DNA of 64,000 nucleotides from Albugo candida (Eukaryota): NCBI GenBank assembly GCA_040437565.1, contig JBDOQK010000016.1, positions 124,001 to 188,000 of the forward strand, read 5' to 3'. Shown piece by piece: positions 61,821 to 64,000 of this stretch (position 1 is its first letter; each line of letters starts with the position of its first letter). The notes under the pieces were generated by a model. It saw only the letters and a program-made list of their open reading frames with translations, ran no database searches and was not told where the DNA came from. The position numbers and the translations under genes were made by a program.

Positions 61821-64000
61821 CGGTTGTGTGATGAACACAAATATTAGTTACCGAAGGGATGAAACGGATAGTCAGATCACATGCGCGAGGAATCGAATCG
61901 GTCTTAAGGAACCGTTTGACTTACATACAGGGCAGCCGAGCAGAATGATGTACTTGCATCGGAATGTTGCAGAATATCTTTGGAAATGAGATAGATGTTT
62001 GAGTTCTATCTTAATAGTAACGAAAATGATAATATGACAACGTTTTAGCAACCTGTCTTTGCTGCAACATTTTGCCAGCATAATCCGACGTATTGCACCA
62101 GTTTTCAAGCCAAACCTCCTCTTACTTGGGCTAGAACTATGTATATTTTAGCAAGTATGCAAACAACAACCGCGGCTACAATTGCTCATCGTGTCTCCAA
62201 GGCAGCAAGGCTGACAAAGCGACGCGAATCACAGCCTCGCGTGACCACTATCTGAAGCTGTCTCTGCTANNNNNNNNNNNNNNNNNNNNNNNNNNNNNNN
62301 NNNNNNNNNNNNNNNNNNNNNNNNNNNNNNNNNNNNNNNNNNNNNNNNNNNNNNNNNNNNNNNNNNNNNTATTGCACCAGTTTTCAAGCCAAACCTCCTC
62401 TTACTTGGGCTAGAACTATGTATATTTTAGCAAGTATGCAAACAACAACCGCGGCTACAATTGCTCATCGTGTCTCCAAGGCAGCAAGGCTGACAAAGCG
62501 ACGCGAATCACAGCCTCGCGTGACCACTATCTGAAGCTGTCTCTGCTACAATAGCAGAACTTCTAGCTTGCATGTATCGTTCATTTTTCCCACGCATCAT
62601 TTTCATTCTTTTTCGAAGTATCCGTGCTTGACGATTCCATATATGCTCTTTGTTTGTTTTTGCCACCTTGGAAATAAGTATTTGTCTAAGTGAGTAATGT
62701 AGCCTTTTGATCGTTTTCCAGAACTCTTCAGGTAATTAGTCTAATCCAAATACTACCTGCTTGAGAAAAAAGATCTCTTTGTCTTTATCTGCTTAGAGTA
62801 ATGAGATTCGACTCACCATTCTAATCTTACCAATTATCAGCATGTCTACATTAGTTTTAGCTCCCATAAGTCTCGCACATGCGTACATTCTTCGCAACAT
62901 GCGAATGATATGATTAACACGTTCAACTAAAAATCATCAACTTGCTTCTGTTTCACTCTATGCTCATCGTTCACTTCAAAAGAGCCACTATCTTATCCGA
63001 CATAACATCATCACACAGACTTTGTTTTTAATATGATGTCTCTATTGCACGTTATGCTTCTCGTGGATGTATAAAGTCATCCATGCGCTTTACTGCACTC
63101 AGCACACGTCTGTGATGCTGTCGCGCATTGTCCGTTCAAATTACTTCCGATTCATTTTCTAGTGCTTCCTTAGCTATTTGGTTTTAATACTCTTAGCGTT
63201 TTTTTATCAATAGTTGCGCTTGAAGGACGTAATGAAGGCTACTAGTAGCCACTCCACCTTACTACTTTTAGCTGACAATATGCATTGACTCATAGATCAA
63301 CAGCACTGACGAGCTTATCTCAGTTGAGCAGGACGTGCAATAAATTTGTACGATAGCTGGTCACCATCAACAAATCGTGTTGCATCAAAACTTGTAGACT
63401 AATTCATATATCTATCGCGGTGCTACGATACACCGATCTATCGCTCTTGAGCAATTTCTAGCATCGCTCTTTAAGTGGTTTGATTCTTTACAGCGACTTC
63501 CTGATGCTTTAGACTAGCTCAGATTACGTTGCAATGTAATGCAACACGCTTCGTATTCTCCGCTGTCGAAAACGTTGATCATATTAAAGTGCTGCTTGCA
63601 AGATAAGTGTACATGGTTAGACATCCTTCGTAATGACGCTTGATCACTGCTATAAGCGTAAGCACTAAGGACTGACAACTCATCGAATAAAACCACGTTA
63701 AAATCTGTCCAGATGATTTTGCTCACTCACGTGTTACATTTCCGCATTAATTGATACCTGGCTGATGAGGCATTTCGTATTTTTGAAAGCTGACATACTT
63801 TAAAAGAGCTAGCTTTCTACCGATCGTACTTTTTTGGAAGAAAGCTTTTCAATATACGAGTAGGATTCGACTGTTGTACACGTCTGTAAGCCTGTCCGTT
63901 CTCGGCACATGGCTAGTGGGAGCAACACCGTCAGCAATTACGTACTGTTTTGTTAGCACCACGAAAGTAGGATTTTCGGCCAGCTATTGCGATTCGGCAA

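Larger units (their letters stand above)
13145..62369. other. Thirteen 100-N scaffold gaps (13145, 18527, 27475, 32521, 37282, 38699, 41459, 42076, 44372, 46681, 48007, 59966, 62270)
   Basis: Each run is 100 N. Twelve have the sequence before the gap repeated after it (18 to ~590 bp), indicating unmerged contig overlaps; only 44372-44471 lacks a duplicated flank. Confidence 0.95.

Noticed and set aside
62400-64000. AT-richer terminal region with short ORFs
   Set aside because: Stops in all frames and no identifiable family; possibly decayed repeat but unsupported.
1-64000. Numerous short antisense or overlapping ORFs; CRISPR arrays, rRNA or tRNA genes
   Set aside because: The short ORFs are shadows of long coding exons. 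No spaced direct-repeat array or structural RNA signature was seen, and the DNA is eukaryotic.

Overview
Eukaryotic, intron-containing genomic DNA with short GT-AG introns (about 45-75 nt) and very compact intergenic spacing. Gene content (GH72 glucanosyltransferase, EGF-ABCG transporter, Tctex1-type and PACRG-like flagellar-type genes) suggests an oomycete, possibly Albugo-like; that assignment is inference. The first ~10 kb is gene-sparse: two diverged paralogs of a Pro/Ser/Thr-rich single-pass membrane protein flank decayed non-LTR (L1/Tx1-like) retrotransposon remnants, including an inverted RT pair centred near 5040. From ~10.4 kb to ~61.8 kb the window is densely packed with conserved genes: PIG-H, a threonine-deaminase homolog, a HUWE1/Tom1/UPL1-type HECT ligase, CDC123, SEC22, proteasome beta-2 type subunit, GH72, ADP1-like ABCG, a SUMO-like+BTB protein, FIGNL1, a CK1/VRK-like kinase, a Tctex1-domain light chain, a HAD-like protein, a PDZ-ankyrin-FYVE protein, VPS13B-like, PACRG-like and an FBXO9-like F-box. 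Thirteen 100-N gaps, twelve with duplicated flanks, are assembly artefacts. Best leads: (1) the threonine-deaminase homolog lacks the PLP Schiff-base lysine and other PLP-contact residues but keeps its ACT-like regulatory domains (candidate pseudoenzyme/sensor); (2) a SUMO-like domain fused to a BTB adaptor; (3) one mucin-like paralog has lost its signal peptide. All exon boundaries and family calls were made by eye, with no database searches.
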